Notes: generated by a model not told the origin, from the letters alone. 64,000 bases of DNA from an uncultured virus (IMG/VR IMGVR_UViG_3300037804_000366) (IMGVR_UViG_3300037804_000366), one strand, 5' to 3'; shown: positions 53,929 to 63,887, numbered from the stretch's first letter. Translations and numbers: made by a program.

Positions 53929-56435
53929 ATATAAACTTGCAGAAGCTGGACACTATTCGCACAGGTGCGAATATTTTTAATACCCTTACGGCGGATCGTA
54001 TAAATGCCATACAGGACGCTATTAAAGAGCTTTCTCGTGGTCGCAATGTAGTAGCGGGAGACAATGTACGGGTAACCCATGCAGGTGGAGCGGTCAATAT
54101 ATCAGCTACTCAAAAAAAAGACACGACGCAGTTTAGGGCAATACAAGAATATGCGTATTGCGCTAAAGACATGCAGCGACAATGCTCATATAATGGGAGA
54201 CCAGACTATCAGCCATACAGAGACTTAAAAGGCATAGAGATACCACTTCCACGACCGAATAACATATTCGACTTAAACTGCGAACCCTACCCAAACCCCC
54301 CGCTAAACGTATGGGAAAAATTAGAAAATACATACAACGTCGGTGCGGAGTTTATGGAGGACAAGGGGGATCATTTTGTTTTCACGAAGCCGGGGGTTTA
54401 TGAAATAGAATTTGAATACACGGCAATGCACAAAGCGGATGCTTGTGAATGGAATAAGAATACCCATAGTTTTGATTGTCTATTCTTTCCCGCATTGGGT
54501 AACAAGGGCACAACACCCGTATGGCTACAAGGACTTCAGCGGTGGGACTGGATACAAGGACGATATGAATGCGATGGTAAAGAACTCAGAGTTATTCATC
54601 CTGCGAATGCATATGTACAGTATTCAATACATGGAAAGCAACGCATACCTAATGACAATAATGTCTTACTAGAGTTTTATGATAAAGAGAAGAAAGTAGG
54701 ACTACGAGGAGATGCGGGAATAAAGTACAAAGGAGATTGTAGTTATATCCCAACCACGCCTGATTCTTGTGCGTTCGTGCGAGATGAGGGAACACCAGAA
54801 GGTGGAGGTTGTTCAGCTAGTTCGGTCGTAATTCAATACTGTTCTTTGTCTTCATCAGATAAACACATAAATTTCAATACTTATAAATACAGTTTAACAT
54901 CCGTACCGCACATCTGCTCATCTTCATACACTTGGGATTCACTATATGACCCCTGTGACACTACCTCTATTCAAGACTGGGATATCGACACGATCTACAA
55001 TCCCGGCGACTGGGTAAATCGCAATGGTGAGTTTTTCATAAATACCCAGACTACCAATACGACTGAGCCATTACCAGATGATGATATATTTTGGAGTAAG
55101 CAAGACCCATGCGCTAACAATTACGATGTGGCTGTTTGCTCTGGGTCTTCTGTTACTACTCTTTATTTGGATGGTAACGTTGAAGCAGATGTTACTGGAT
55201 CTATAAACGTACCAACTTGTAAGCTAAAAGGATACAAGACTTGTCCCGGCGCTACTGTTTGGTCGTTCACTCAATTTAACAATCAAAGGGTACACTACGA
55301 TCAGAATAAAATTACTAAGATAGGTGACAATGAAACCGTCATTCATGGCGAGCTAGAGTTTGATGTTCCAGTCTCACTCACGAAGACTACAGCGAGTTGC
55401 GTCCATATAGTTAATGATTATGTGATAAAAAGCTCTATTGACAGCCAGATTTCATTTGCTAATAATTTGTCGGAAACACCATATAATTGTGGCGGATATG
55501 AAGGTAAGATTGACGTAGATATAACGATACCCACGGCTCTAGTTCCTACGACCAAAACCGTACACTATCAGTACCCACGTTTTTCGACCACAACAGTAAG
55601 CTGCGGTGGTGCAACGGTAGATGTTGATATCGAAGATCCTACGATTAATATTCCAACTACAATAGCGAGCACACAACGTGATACTGTTAAGAAGTGGACG
55701 GCGGGAACTGATACGGTTAACTATGACACGGTAAATAACGATGGCAACGTAGTCATACAAAAGTACTCGCAGTCTACTAATACGTGCGCTGGTGGTACTT
55801 TGTCTGGACTCGCTTTTGAAGCGACTCTTGATATTCCCGTTGATGTTAAGGAAGGCGTGAAGCAGATCATCGGTCAGGTATATATGCCTGAGTACACGAC
55901 TGAATCAGAAAGCGTCATAACCGCTTGTCCTACGTTTTCTAGTGGAGACGTACTTTATAGCGTTACCCCAGTTAAGGGAACGGTTACGGATGCCGCGACT
56001 GGTACTATTAATCTTAATGTTCCGACTTCACTTGCCCCAACGACTACGACCGAAAATATTACTATTGCAGTACCAAGGATACAAAAGACCACTATTACTG
56101 TGCCACAAGTCCATAGCACCATAACTGAAAGCGTAACTACGGGGATAACGGAATCTGCCGCGAGCGCCCTTACTGGTCTTGACGTCACGACGTCAACTCA
56201 AGAAGAAGCGTTCGGTGGTACTATCTCTGTAAATGTTCCAACATCGCTTGATGTAGGAGAAACTGTAGTAGACGTAGAAATTGCTACGGATAAGATCACC
56301 ACGGAAAGTGTCGTATTGGTAACGAATGTTACTGGAACTAATACGACTCTCAGCATTCCTACGATAACCTCCGGCATGACTAGCGCGAGTGATTGTTGCT
56401 ACTGTGACTGTGATGAAGAGGAGAGTGGAGATTAA
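53925..56435 (+). CDS. Tail fibre/spike chain A (Thr/Val/Cys-rich, CBM5/12-like insert)
   Basis: LTADRINAIQDAI anchor; WDIDTIYNPGDWVNRNG..EP..W; long beta-strand-like shaft. Confidence 0.7.
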   Translation: MNINLQKLDTIRTGANIFNTLTADRINAIQDAIKELSRGRNVVAGDNVRVTHAGGAVNISATQKKDTTQFRAIQEYAYCAKDMQRQCSYNGRPDYQPYRDLKGIEIPLPRPNNIFDLNCEPYPNPPLNVWEKLENTYNVGAEFMEDKGDHFVFTKPGVYEIEFEYTAMHKADACEWNKNTHSFDCLFFPALGNKGTTPVWLQGLQRWDWIQGRYECDGKELRVIHPANAYVQYSIHGKQRIPNDNNVLLEFYDKEKKVGLRGDAGIKYKGDCSYIPTTPDSCAFVRDEGTPEGGGCSASSVVIQYCSLSSSDKHINFNTYKYSLTSVPHICSSSYTWDSLYDPCDTTSIQDWDIDTIYNPGDWVNRNGEFFINTQTTNTTEPLPDDDIFWSKQDPCANNYDVAVCSGSSVTTLYLDGNVEADVTGSINVPTCKLKGYKTCPGATVWSFTQFNNQRVHYDQNKITKIGDNETVIHGELEFDVPVSLTKTTASCVHIVNDYVIKSSIDSQISFANNLSETPYNCGGYEGKIDVDITIPTALVPTTKTVHYQYPRFSTTTVSCGGATVDVDIEDPTINIPTTIASTQRDTVKKWTAGTDTVNYDTVNNDGNVVIQKYSQSTNTCAGGTLSGLAFEATLDIPVDVKEGVKQIIGQVYMPEYTTESESVITACPTFSSGDVLYSVTPVKGTVTDAATGTINLNVPTSLAPTTTTENITIAVPRIQKTTITVPQVHSTITESVTTGITESAASALTGLDVTTSTQEEAFGGTISVNVPTSLDVGETVVDVEIATDKITTESVVLVTNVTGTNTTLSIPTITSGMTSASDCCYCDCDEEESGD

Positions 56436-56437
56436 TT

Positions 56438-58390
56438 ATGGCTGACCCATGTTGCATTACAATTTCCGTACCTACTTATTCAGTAGTAGGTAGTTCGCAG
56501 ACTGCTCTTGGCGACATTGAACTTACTACAGAAACTAAGTATTTAGCGGTAGTAGATGGTACGGAATCACAAACCGTTCAAGTTACAATACCCACATACG
56601 ATCTTGCGTTTGGGCCACCACAAACGTTTGATTTTACTGGCACGATAGACGTCAATACGGTTACTGGGGTAACGGCAACTACTGGTACATTTCTTACTGA
56701 TGTCGGGGTTACCAATAAAACAATAAATATTCCTGTATTAGGGACGCAAAATTTAGATATAGCGCAAGTATATGGTACGACCAATCAGACGGTAGCAATA
56801 TCACATACCGAATACGAGATTGCCACTTCCCCAATCGACATAGATTGGTCTACTGACATAAACATTGAATGCGTAACGGATATAACGCCAGCAACGCAAT
56901 CAGTTCTAACAGGGATAAAAGCACCTTGCGAATCTAAAACCCTTAACTATTTAAGCTCCACGGGTAGCGTGCTACCACAAGATATCACTTTAGATGTTCC
57001 TACTTACACTTTAGAAACAGAAGCAAAAGTAATTAAAGGAGCTATTGATTCGGTCACGATACCTCCATGCAATATTCCCGTTTTGTTACCTGATGGAAAT
57101 TATACGGTACCATCATACTCTCCCGTCACTTCTAGCTTTAGCTATGCGAGCCTGCAGGATGCTGGCAATGCGACCCTATACGACTACACCCTTAGCGGTA
57201 ATACTCCAATTACCATAGAAGGCGCTACAGCCACTATACCCCCCTGCGACATACAGGTTCTAAGGTTTTGGTATAATCAACAAGGGAGCATACAAGTTCC
57301 CTCTTTTGATATAACTACATCCACGCAGACAGTTGAAGCGGATATAGTTATTCCTAGTTGTACCGTATACTCATATTCGTGGGAGACCGACTATGCTTAC
57401 CTGAAGGATTACTGGATTAAGTCTACTCCACGCGCCCTTGTATGTAAGTTTAATGACTATGACTTAGAGACCGAAAACAAGAAGCTGGATTATACGGCCA
57501 AGATAAAAGTACCGATTTATAAGACCGACGTAGAAAATAAACACTTTGATTACAACGTTCCAAATTTTGAAAAAATCGTAATACAAGATTGCCAAGTTCC
57601 AATAATAGAAGAAGTTAATGCATACGCGAAAATTGCAGGAAAGATTAAGGTTAATCTTGGTAAGATTGATGAAACAATAACCACGCCCCTGATCAGTTGC
57701 TCTACTATTCCAGTGCCAATTTATAGTACGGCAACACACACTATCGACTTTTCTTGCTCTACCAATAGTTACAGTTTGTCTGAAACAGTAGTACCAAACT
57801 CGATTACAGTTCCATCATATTCGCAAAGCTGTAGTTCTGTGTCATTAAAGAGCTATGCGAAAGCATATTACAGTTCGTCTTCTATACCGTCTCGTACGCT
57901 TGTTCCTTGTAGTCCGGGAGGATATCAAAAACAGCCACCTACACCAACTTGGACAAATACAGGGAGGGCTAAACTTCGGCTTGATGTAGCTTATAGGAAA
58001 GGTGTAGCCAAGAAACTTGAGAAAGAGGGAAAAAATGTACCTGATGGATGGCACATGGATGATCCGGGATGTCAGTTGTGTATATTCGTACGCGATTATG
58101 ATACTGGCGCTATACTGGAAGAGCTAGACAACTCAATAGACCTGTGGGGCTGGGTAACTGCAAAAGATGCGGAAAATTCTTTTAATGACAAATTTGATCC
58201 GTTTGGCAATAAGGTTCGTGGAGATTCAAGATATGAACAAAATCCAATTGATCTTATAAAAGCCAATTTACGGATTGAGCGACACCATCAATTGGAAAAC
58301 GTGAAGTTTATTGACACCCCGCTTAAGTCAGGACACTTGAGCTACGAACAATTGAAACCGCATATGCCTTATCACAAGATTAAGTACTAG
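56438..58390 (+). CDS. Tail fibre/spike chain B (Thr/Ile/Cys-rich)
   Basis: Cys spacing mirrors chain A; globular-looking C-terminus. Confidence 0.65.
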   Translation: MADPCCITISVPTYSVVGSSQTALGDIELTTETKYLAVVDGTESQTVQVTIPTYDLAFGPPQTFDFTGTIDVNTVTGVTATTGTFLTDVGVTNKTINIPVLGTQNLDIAQVYGTTNQTVAISHTEYEIATSPIDIDWSTDINIECVTDITPATQSVLTGIKAPCESKTLNYLSSTGSVLPQDITLDVPTYTLETEAKVIKGAIDSVTIPPCNIPVLLPDGNYTVPSYSPVTSSFSYASLQDAGNATLYDYTLSGNTPITIEGATATIPPCDIQVLRFWYNQQGSIQVPSFDITTSTQTVEADIVIPSCTVYSYSWETDYAYLKDYWIKSTPRALVCKFNDYDLETENKKLDYTAKIKVPIYKTDVENKHFDYNVPNFEKIVIQDCQVPIIEEVNAYAKIAGKIKVNLGKIDETITTPLISCSTIPVPIYSTATHTIDFSCSTNSYSLSETVVPNSITVPSYSQSCSSVSLKSYAKAYYSSSSIPSRTLVPCSPGGYQKQPPTPTWTNTGRAKLRLDVAYRKGVAKKLEKEGKNVPDGWHMDDPGCQLCIFVRDYDTGAILEELDNSIDLWGWVTAKDAENSFNDKFDPFGNKVRGDSRYEQNPIDLIKANLRIERHHQLENVKFIDTPLKSGHLSYEQLKPHMPYHKIKY

Positions 58391-58653
58391 TATGTTACGG
58401 TCTCAGGATCTATTCCATCCTTTTTACAAATTAGCATTAATTGGTTTCTTATTTTCTTGAGAGCTTTCCATTCTATTTGCCTTATCCTTTCTCTGGTGAG
58501 ACCGGCGATGTTGGATATCTCTTCAAGAGTCCACTCTTTTTGAGGACAGTTTTCTTCCGTCCATAGCACGGCCGCTCTTATCCGTTCGTCGGCATCAGGG
58601 TACTGCGATTTTATGTCTGGGACGTCAGGGCAATCTATTGATGTCGCGTTCAA
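58387..58653 (-). CDS. Stand-alone sigma70 region 4 HTH protein
   Basis: WTLEEISNIAGLTRERIRQIEWKALKKIR vs RpoD 4.2 TLEEVG....VTRERIRQIEAKALRKLR. Confidence 0.85.
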   Translation of the reverse strand: MNATSIDCPDVPDIKSQYPDADERIRAAVLWTEENCPQKEWTLEEISNIAGLTRERIRQIEWKALKKIRNQLMLICKKDGIDPETVTY

Positions 58654-59332
58654 CTTTCCTGAAGACCCTTTCTTTTACTTCTTCTTCCACGATAGATTTA
58701 ACTTCATCTCCGTGTTGTTCTATTAGCCCAGTCGCATGCAGCCCCATGACTAGCACATAATAACCAGACTGCGTGATTTGTAAATCAAGATTGCCGATGT
58801 ACCTTACATATTCATCCACGATGGATGAATTATTGACCATTGAAAGAGTCAACCCCTCTCCGTGGTTTCCCTTGAAAAAGGTTGGAAACTTTAACTTCCC
58901 GCCACTTATAAAGCAGATTAAGCTTTGCCCTCCCTTATCGCTGGTTTTTATTTCTTTCGTAGGCTCAAGAAACCCACCCTGCATTGGATTGCATTCTGAC
59001 AAAAAGCGTCCGTCATCTATGGCAATGTTCATAAATGCCATCTTGCCTTCAAACTGAATTAGGTGATTTTTGATCCCTTCATTAAAAAGAACCCCCTCCA
59101 TTGCGAAAACAAAAGGATCTTCGGCATGCTTGGCTATAAAGTCCAGCTTTCCTTCGTATCCACTTTCAAAATGAAAACTACAAAAGCCGGCATAGCTTTC
59201 CAAGAGTCGGGCTTCTTGTTGAAATGGGTCGCTTGTACCTATTATTATCTCACAACCCTCTATGCAGTCTCTCGCGGAGTTTGCGGTTGACCAGACTCTT
59301 TCGCGATTCTCTCCCCATATTAAAACTTTCAC
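58625..59332 (-). CDS. Hypothetical protein, possibly degenerate GT-A glycosyltransferase
   Basis: GTG start just after upstream stop; weak GT2-like pattern. Confidence 0.4.
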   Translation of the reverse strand: MKVLIWGENRERVWSTANSARDCIEGCEIIIGTSDPFQQEARLLESYAGFCSFHFESGYEGKLDFIAKHAEDPFVFAMEGVLFNEGIKNHLIQFEGKMAFMNIAIDDGRFLSECNPMQGGFLEPTKEIKTSDKGGQSLICFISGGKLKFPTFFKGNHGEGLTLSMVNNSSIVDEYVRYIGNLDLQITQSGYYVLVMGLHATGLIEQHGDEVKSIVEEEVKERVFRKVERDINRLP

Positions 59333-59333
59333 T

Positions 59334-59879
59334 TTAGCTTTCCTCCTCAAGTTTCTGCAGTTCCAGTCTGAGTGCTGCCATTTTCTTTGCTCTCTCTGGG
59401 TCTTCTGGCGCAGGGATTGCGCCCACTTGCTGATCAACGATATGGGATTTTTTAATTTCTTTACCGAACTTAAATACAACATGATGATAGTCTTCTACTA
59501 GGTTTTGCTCGATAACTAATTCGTTATCTTTCGACTCGAAAATTATAAGATGAGACTCCTTGGGGTAAATCCTACCAACGGTATAGTTTGCGATACCACC
59601 CAAAGCTGGCGCTAGTTTCGGAGTATAAATTCCAATTATGCCATCATACTTAAGGGTCGCGGCTTGCCCTTTTGGAACTTTAACTGCTGTGCATTCCGCA
59701 TCACCGAAGGGTAGGGCGTTGTTCATTTCATAAAGAGGAGCTTCCATGTAAGTCTCATACTTCCCCCACGCGTCGAGCCTTTCAAGTATAGGTGGGGTAA
59801 TGCTCACAAGCCCCTGTGCGAAAAATGGGCTGTAATTGAAAAAATTGAAATCAATTATTTTCTCAAAACTGTCATTCAT
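59334..59879 (-). CDS. Hypothetical protein
   Basis: 181-aa ORF in operon. Confidence 0.6.
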   Translation of the reverse strand: MNDSFEKIIDFNFFNYSPFFAQGLVSITPPILERLDAWGKYETYMEAPLYEMNNALPFGDAECTAVKVPKGQAATLKYDGIIGIYTPKLAPALGGIANYTVGRIYPKESHLIIFESKDNELVIEQNLVEDYHHVVFKFGKEIKKSHIVDQQVGAIPAPEDPERAKKMAALRLELQKLEEES

Positions 59880-60852
59880 ATCTGTTCTTGGTTATGTTTT
59901 CGATTATTTGTATTACTTCTTTTGGCGTAGTGTCTTCCATACACCTAGATATAAGAAGATTTGAATCTCCACTAGGAGAACTAATTTTGCGACCAAGGTC
60001 AACCCTATCTTCACAAATAGCTAACTCGTCTAGCTTTTTTCCTTCTTCTATTTCTTGCTCGCAAAAAGTCTCCGTAGATTTTGTTTTCCAGCAAGCACCC
60101 ATAGAACAACATTTATACATTCCCACTTTGCTTAAATAAAAGTGATTGTCATAACCCTCCCAGCTAGTCTGCTCACGACCACCAGCTAAAACAATTGCGG
60201 GTATTAGCCCACCGCGTGATCCCATCATGTTTCCAGTTAAATGCATCAAGAAGCTAACTGGCGTAATTACGCCCATTGCTTTTTTTGCTAACAACATCAA
60301 ATGCCTTAGAGTGGTCTTCCCTACTAAATTCGTAACACCCTTGAGGTCAGGATGGTAATGCCCCGCACCACCGACTTGTAAAAACTTTATTGCACCCGCA
60401 AAATGATCTACTACTTTTTGATAGTGATGGGGATTCCACCATTTAGCCGTGAAGTCGTGTTTCCCTCCCGCATTCAACAACCAATAGTCACCATGTCCTG
60501 TGTCCCATTTCTGCTCTACATCTGAAAAGTAAATATCAGGCCCATGTCCAGATATTGGTATATCTATCCCTATTGACTCGCCTATATGATCCGTAAATGC
60601 TCTGGAAAAATGAAACTTACGTTGGTGGCTCTTGTTTACCTCATGTTTGTAGTCCGAATCTATTACGAAATCAGCATACTCTTCTTTAACTGATGGGCTT
60701 AAGTTAATATTGTTCTCCCATAACTCTGGGCAACTCGTATGAACGTTGATCTTCCAGCTAGGCTTGAAGGTCTTTAGGTCACGAACCGCGGCCGTTAGCA
60801 TTAATATATCGCCGGGGCTTTGAAACTGCTTAAGTAGGACACTCGTTGACAT
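59872..60852 (-). CDS. GT9 (ADP-heptose:LPS heptosyltransferase-like) glycosyltransferase
   Basis: PGDILMLTAAVRDLK, KWW, NLVGKTTLR, SFLMHL. Confidence 0.8.
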   Translation of the reverse strand: MSTSVLLKQFQSPGDILMLTAAVRDLKTFKPSWKINVHTSCPELWENNINLSPSVKEEYADFVIDSDYKHEVNKSHQRKFHFSRAFTDHIGESIGIDIPISGHGPDIYFSDVEQKWDTGHGDYWLLNAGGKHDFTAKWWNPHHYQKVVDHFAGAIKFLQVGGAGHYHPDLKGVTNLVGKTTLRHLMLLAKKAMGVITPVSFLMHLTGNMMGSRGGLIPAIVLAGGREQTSWEGYDNHFYLSKVGMYKCCSMGACWKTKSTETFCEQEIEEGKKLDELAICEDRVDLGRKISSPSGDSNLLISRCMEDTTPKEVIQIIENITKNRYE

Positions 60853-60904
60853 CGCGTTGTTTAATGTACATATGAATAATTTTTAAATAAACAGAGGTCA
60901 ATCT

Positions 60905-61120
60905 ATGAATTATGATGGCTATGTATTAATAGGGATCGGGGTTGCTCTTTCGGTTTTAGGTTTTTTCTTAAAAAGAATAAAGGAAGAAATAGACGTACTG
61001 AAAGCAAAGCATAGCAGAATTGAGATAAATCAGGCGCGAAACTTTGAGAGGCTGACCAATATTGACAAGCTCCTTGAGGATCGCAGGCAAGACATTAAAA
61101 AACTCTTTGAGAAAAAATGA
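60905..61120 (+). CDS. Small membrane protein (lysis-module-like)
   Basis: N-terminal TM + coiled coil. Confidence 0.55.
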   Translation: MNYDGYVLIGIGVALSVLGFFLKRIKEEIDVLKAKHSRIEINQARNFERLTNIDKLLEDRRQDIKKLFEKK

Positions 61121-61443
61121 AAACGGAAATTAATGAAGGCATGCAAGTAAAGGCTAACCTTGCATTTATGGTTAAAACCATAGCTCTCGTAGGAACTGCG
61201 GTTTGGGGGTATTCCGTCATATGGAACAAGATTAGCACTATTGAGAATGATATAATTCGCATGAATCATGCCATGCAGCTAAACAACGAGTTTCGCATTA
61301 AGTGGCCGCGAGGGGAGATTGGGGCTTTGCCTGCGGATGCCACTCAAGATATGAACATAGAACACCTTAAGAATCGAGTTAATAAACTAGATGAGCATGT
61401 AGATAGCCTGCGTTATAAAGGTACAGATAGGATTGACCCATAA
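61117..61443 (+). CDS. Membrane-anchored hypothetical protein
   Basis: TM helix + coiled coil, WPRGEIGALPAD. Confidence 0.6.
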   Translation: MKTEINEGMQVKANLAFMVKTIALVGTAVWGYSVIWNKISTIENDIIRMNHAMQLNNEFRIKWPRGEIGALPADATQDMNIEHLKNRVNKLDEHVDSLRYKGTDRIDP

Positions 61444-61907
61444 TGTTTGAGCTTTTAACTTTGTTTTTAACGGGGGGAGGCTCTGCCGCGATGGGGAGCA
61501 TCCTTAAGGGCGTGTTTGGGTCGCTAAACGATGCTCGCCAACATAAATACGAACTAGAGATGGCGCGGGAGGCCAGAAATAATGAATCAGCAGTTAAATT
61601 TCAAGAAGCCCTCAATAGTGGAGATGGTGGTGCATTTACTCGCGCTACTCGTCGTATGCTCGCTCTCATCGGGATGTCTACGCTCTCGTTCACAACCTGC
61701 CTCACAGCCATCTATCCAAGCGTTCCAATCCTCAGTACAACGAACCTTACAGGAGAGGGCAGAAAAGAGTTCCTTTTCGGACTCATCAGTTTTCCAGCAG
61801 AGCAAGCCAGTATGGTTATTACAACGGGACATATCTGCATCTTCCAATGCAGCGTCGTCCTCCCAATGATAGTTGGATTTTATTTTACGCCGGGTGGCAG
61901 GAGATGA
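61443..61907 (+). CDS. Holin-like membrane protein
   Basis: Amphipathic N-terminus, TRR + TM, C-terminal IVGFYF. Confidence 0.55.
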   Translation: MFELLTLFLTGGGSAAMGSILKGVFGSLNDARQHKYELEMAREARNNESAVKFQEALNSGDGGAFTRATRRMLALIGMSTLSFTTCLTAIYPSVPILSTTNLTGEGRKEFLFGLISFPAEQASMVITTGHICIFQCSVVLPMIVGFYFTPGGRR

Positions 61908-62104
61908 TATTTATGAATATTGAATCACAATGGAGTTTAGCTGCGGCCGGTACTGGTGGCACATTTTTTCTTAATGAAGTAAACCCTGTTCTGGGGTTTT
62001 TATGTGGTGTGTTGACACTTACTCACGTAAGTATAGCGCTATACAGGCAGAACAAGACAAAAAAAGAAAAAGAAAAAGAACCCCCTAAGCGCCCTTTCCT
62101 ATAA
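61904..62104 (+). CDS. Small holin-like membrane protein
   Basis: Two hydrophobic segments and basic tail. Confidence 0.45.
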   Translation: MIFMNIESQWSLAAAGTGGTFFLNEVNPVLGFLCGVLTLTHVSIALYRQNKTKKEKEKEPPKRPFL

Positions 62105-62106
62105 CC

Positions 62107-62841
62107 ATGAAAAAGTTTGTTTTCGCGACCGATCTACATGGTGACATGCAAGATCCGGTCGTTGTTTCGGCTCTATATGAATTTGTTAAACTTTATAAGC
62201 CTGACATAAAAATATTTGGTGGTGATCTTTTTGATTTTAGAAACTTTCGCAAAGGTGCTTCTCCAGAAGAAAGGGAAATGTCACTCAGGGGTGACATCGA
62301 AATGGGTTTGGAGTTTTTGAAAGTATATAAGCCCCATGTTTTTTTACGAGGCAACCATGATGAAAGACTTTGGGATAGCGCTAGGCATGGCAAGGGAGTC
62401 ATTAAAGATTGGTGCGAAATCGCCGTTAATCAAATAACGAAAAAAGTAAATGCCATCAAATGCAAGATGTACCCATATGATAAGCGTAAAGGCATTTATA
62501 GCTTAGGCAGGTTGCGGTTTATTCATGGATTTAACGCAGGAGTTCATGCTTCTAGGGCGACCGCTTTAGTTTACGCCCCAGAAGGTGGAGCAGTGCTACA
62601 TGGACACAACCATGCGTTTCAAAGTGCTACAATAAGTAAACTTCGCAGGACTGAGGGGTATGGCGTTGGAGCATTGGTACAGGTGGACATGGAGTACAAT
62701 CGCAGTAAGCCCGGCGGTTTGATGCATGGAAATGGGTGGGCTTATGGCTTTGTGGATGGGGATGAGTGGGAAGTGTATTTAGCTAAACAAGGAGATGATA
62801 AAAAATGGCGCGTAGCGACAAACATAAAGAAGATTGGATAG
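62107..62841 (+). CDS. Calcineurin-like metallophosphoesterase
   Basis: DLH, GDLFD, GNHD, HG, GHNH. Confidence 0.9.
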   Translation: MKKFVFATDLHGDMQDPVVVSALYEFVKLYKPDIKIFGGDLFDFRNFRKGASPEEREMSLRGDIEMGLEFLKVYKPHVFLRGNHDERLWDSARHGKGVIKDWCEIAVNQITKKVNAIKCKMYPYDKRKGIYSLGRLRFIHGFNAGVHASRATALVYAPEGGAVLHGHNHAFQSATISKLRRTEGYGVGALVQVDMEYNRSKPGGLMHGNGWAYGFVDGDEWEVYLAKQGDDKKWRVATNIKKIG

Positions 62842-63059
62842 AAGCTTATAACAGCGCCCAAAAAAAGGGAGCGCTTATGCCCCCCGGCACTGGCTGGAGA
62901 AAGTTCGTGGAGCTAAAAAGCGATCTTAAGCTAGGTAGTTGTAAGCTTCGTGAACTAATTAAGACTTTACAAGATGAGGAAAAAATTGAAGTATACGTTG
63001 GCAGTGAACCTGACATAACAGGAGTGCTTAAAAAAAGAGTATGGTATCGTATAAAATAG
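62805..63059 (+). CDS. Small wHTH-like hypothetical protein
   Basis: ORF overlapping phosphoesterase end. Confidence 0.55.
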   Translation: MARSDKHKEDWIEAYNSAQKKGALMPPGTGWRKFVELKSDLKLGSCKLRELIKTLQDEEKIEVYVGSEPDITGVLKKRVWYRIK

Positions 63060-63065
63060 CTTCAA

Positions 63066-63887
63066 ATGATCAAAAGTTTTTCTCTCGTAGGGACTCACGA
63101 GCTTAAGGAAGAGTGCCTACTATGTATATTGTCTATCAGGAGGCTGTATCCTGATGTTCCAATATTACTATTTACCGACAAAATAACACAAGATTACCTT
63201 GATCCGAGGACGGATAATGTAGTATTTGACCCATTCTGCGAACCAGAAAACCTAAAAGTCTTACTTGAGCAGTATAGTTCCGTAAGCGTATCCAATAGAT
63301 TCCATAGAGTAGATTGCATTGCAGCTAAAATGCACTGCCTGAGAAAAGCCATAGAGCTGTTTGGTAACACGATGTTCGTGGATAGCGACATAGTGTTCCT
63401 TGAGAAGATAGATGACGCCTTACGATCAGATGTGGTTCTGTCGCCGCACTATCATGGAGACAACAGGCTGGGGCAGTGTGATAAGTATGGCGTATATAAC
63501 GCTGGGTACGTTTATACCGACAACAACAATGCGGCCGATGTTTGGGATATTATATATCGCGAAAGGTCATCATTTTTTGAGCAACAAGGCATGATGCATT
63601 TCCATGAATACATGGATACTTATAATTTTGACAGGACGCATAACATTGGATTTTGGAGATGCAGGGTTTACTATAAAGAGTTTCCTAAACATCATGGGCC
63701 ATTTATTGAAGTTCCTGATGGCTTGTTTGATGGAGCGAAGTCCTTACACGTTCACATGACGAAGTTTTATGAAGCCAGAGCGGATTCTGGACTAACCGCA
63801 GTGTATGATCAATGGATGGCCGAGTGCGATAAAGTCATAAAGAAGGAAGCCAAAGGCCTTATTGAAAAGTGGGAGAAGGTAAAGTGA
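63066..63887 (+). CDS. GT-A glycosyltransferase (GT8/GT77-like)
   Basis: FVDSDIVF DxD, YNAGYV, EQ. Confidence 0.75.
   Translation: MIKSFSLVGTHELKEECLLCILSIRRLYPDVPILLFTDKITQDYLDPRTDNVVFDPFCEPENLKVLLEQYSSVSVSNRFHRVDCIAAKMHCLRKAIELFGNTMFVDSDIVFLEKIDDALRSDVVLSPHYHGDNRLGQCDKYGVYNAGYVYTDNNNAADVWDIIYRERSSFFEQQGMMHFHEYMDTYNFDRTHNIGFWRCRVYYKEFPKHHGPFIEVPDGLFDGAKSLHVHMTKFYEARADSGLTAVYDQWMAECDKVIKKEAKGLIEKWEKVK

Noticed and set aside
60846..60875. Tenth TTGACA-ATG element
   Set aside because: ATG at 12 nt opens only a 3-codon ORF and the spacing does not fit
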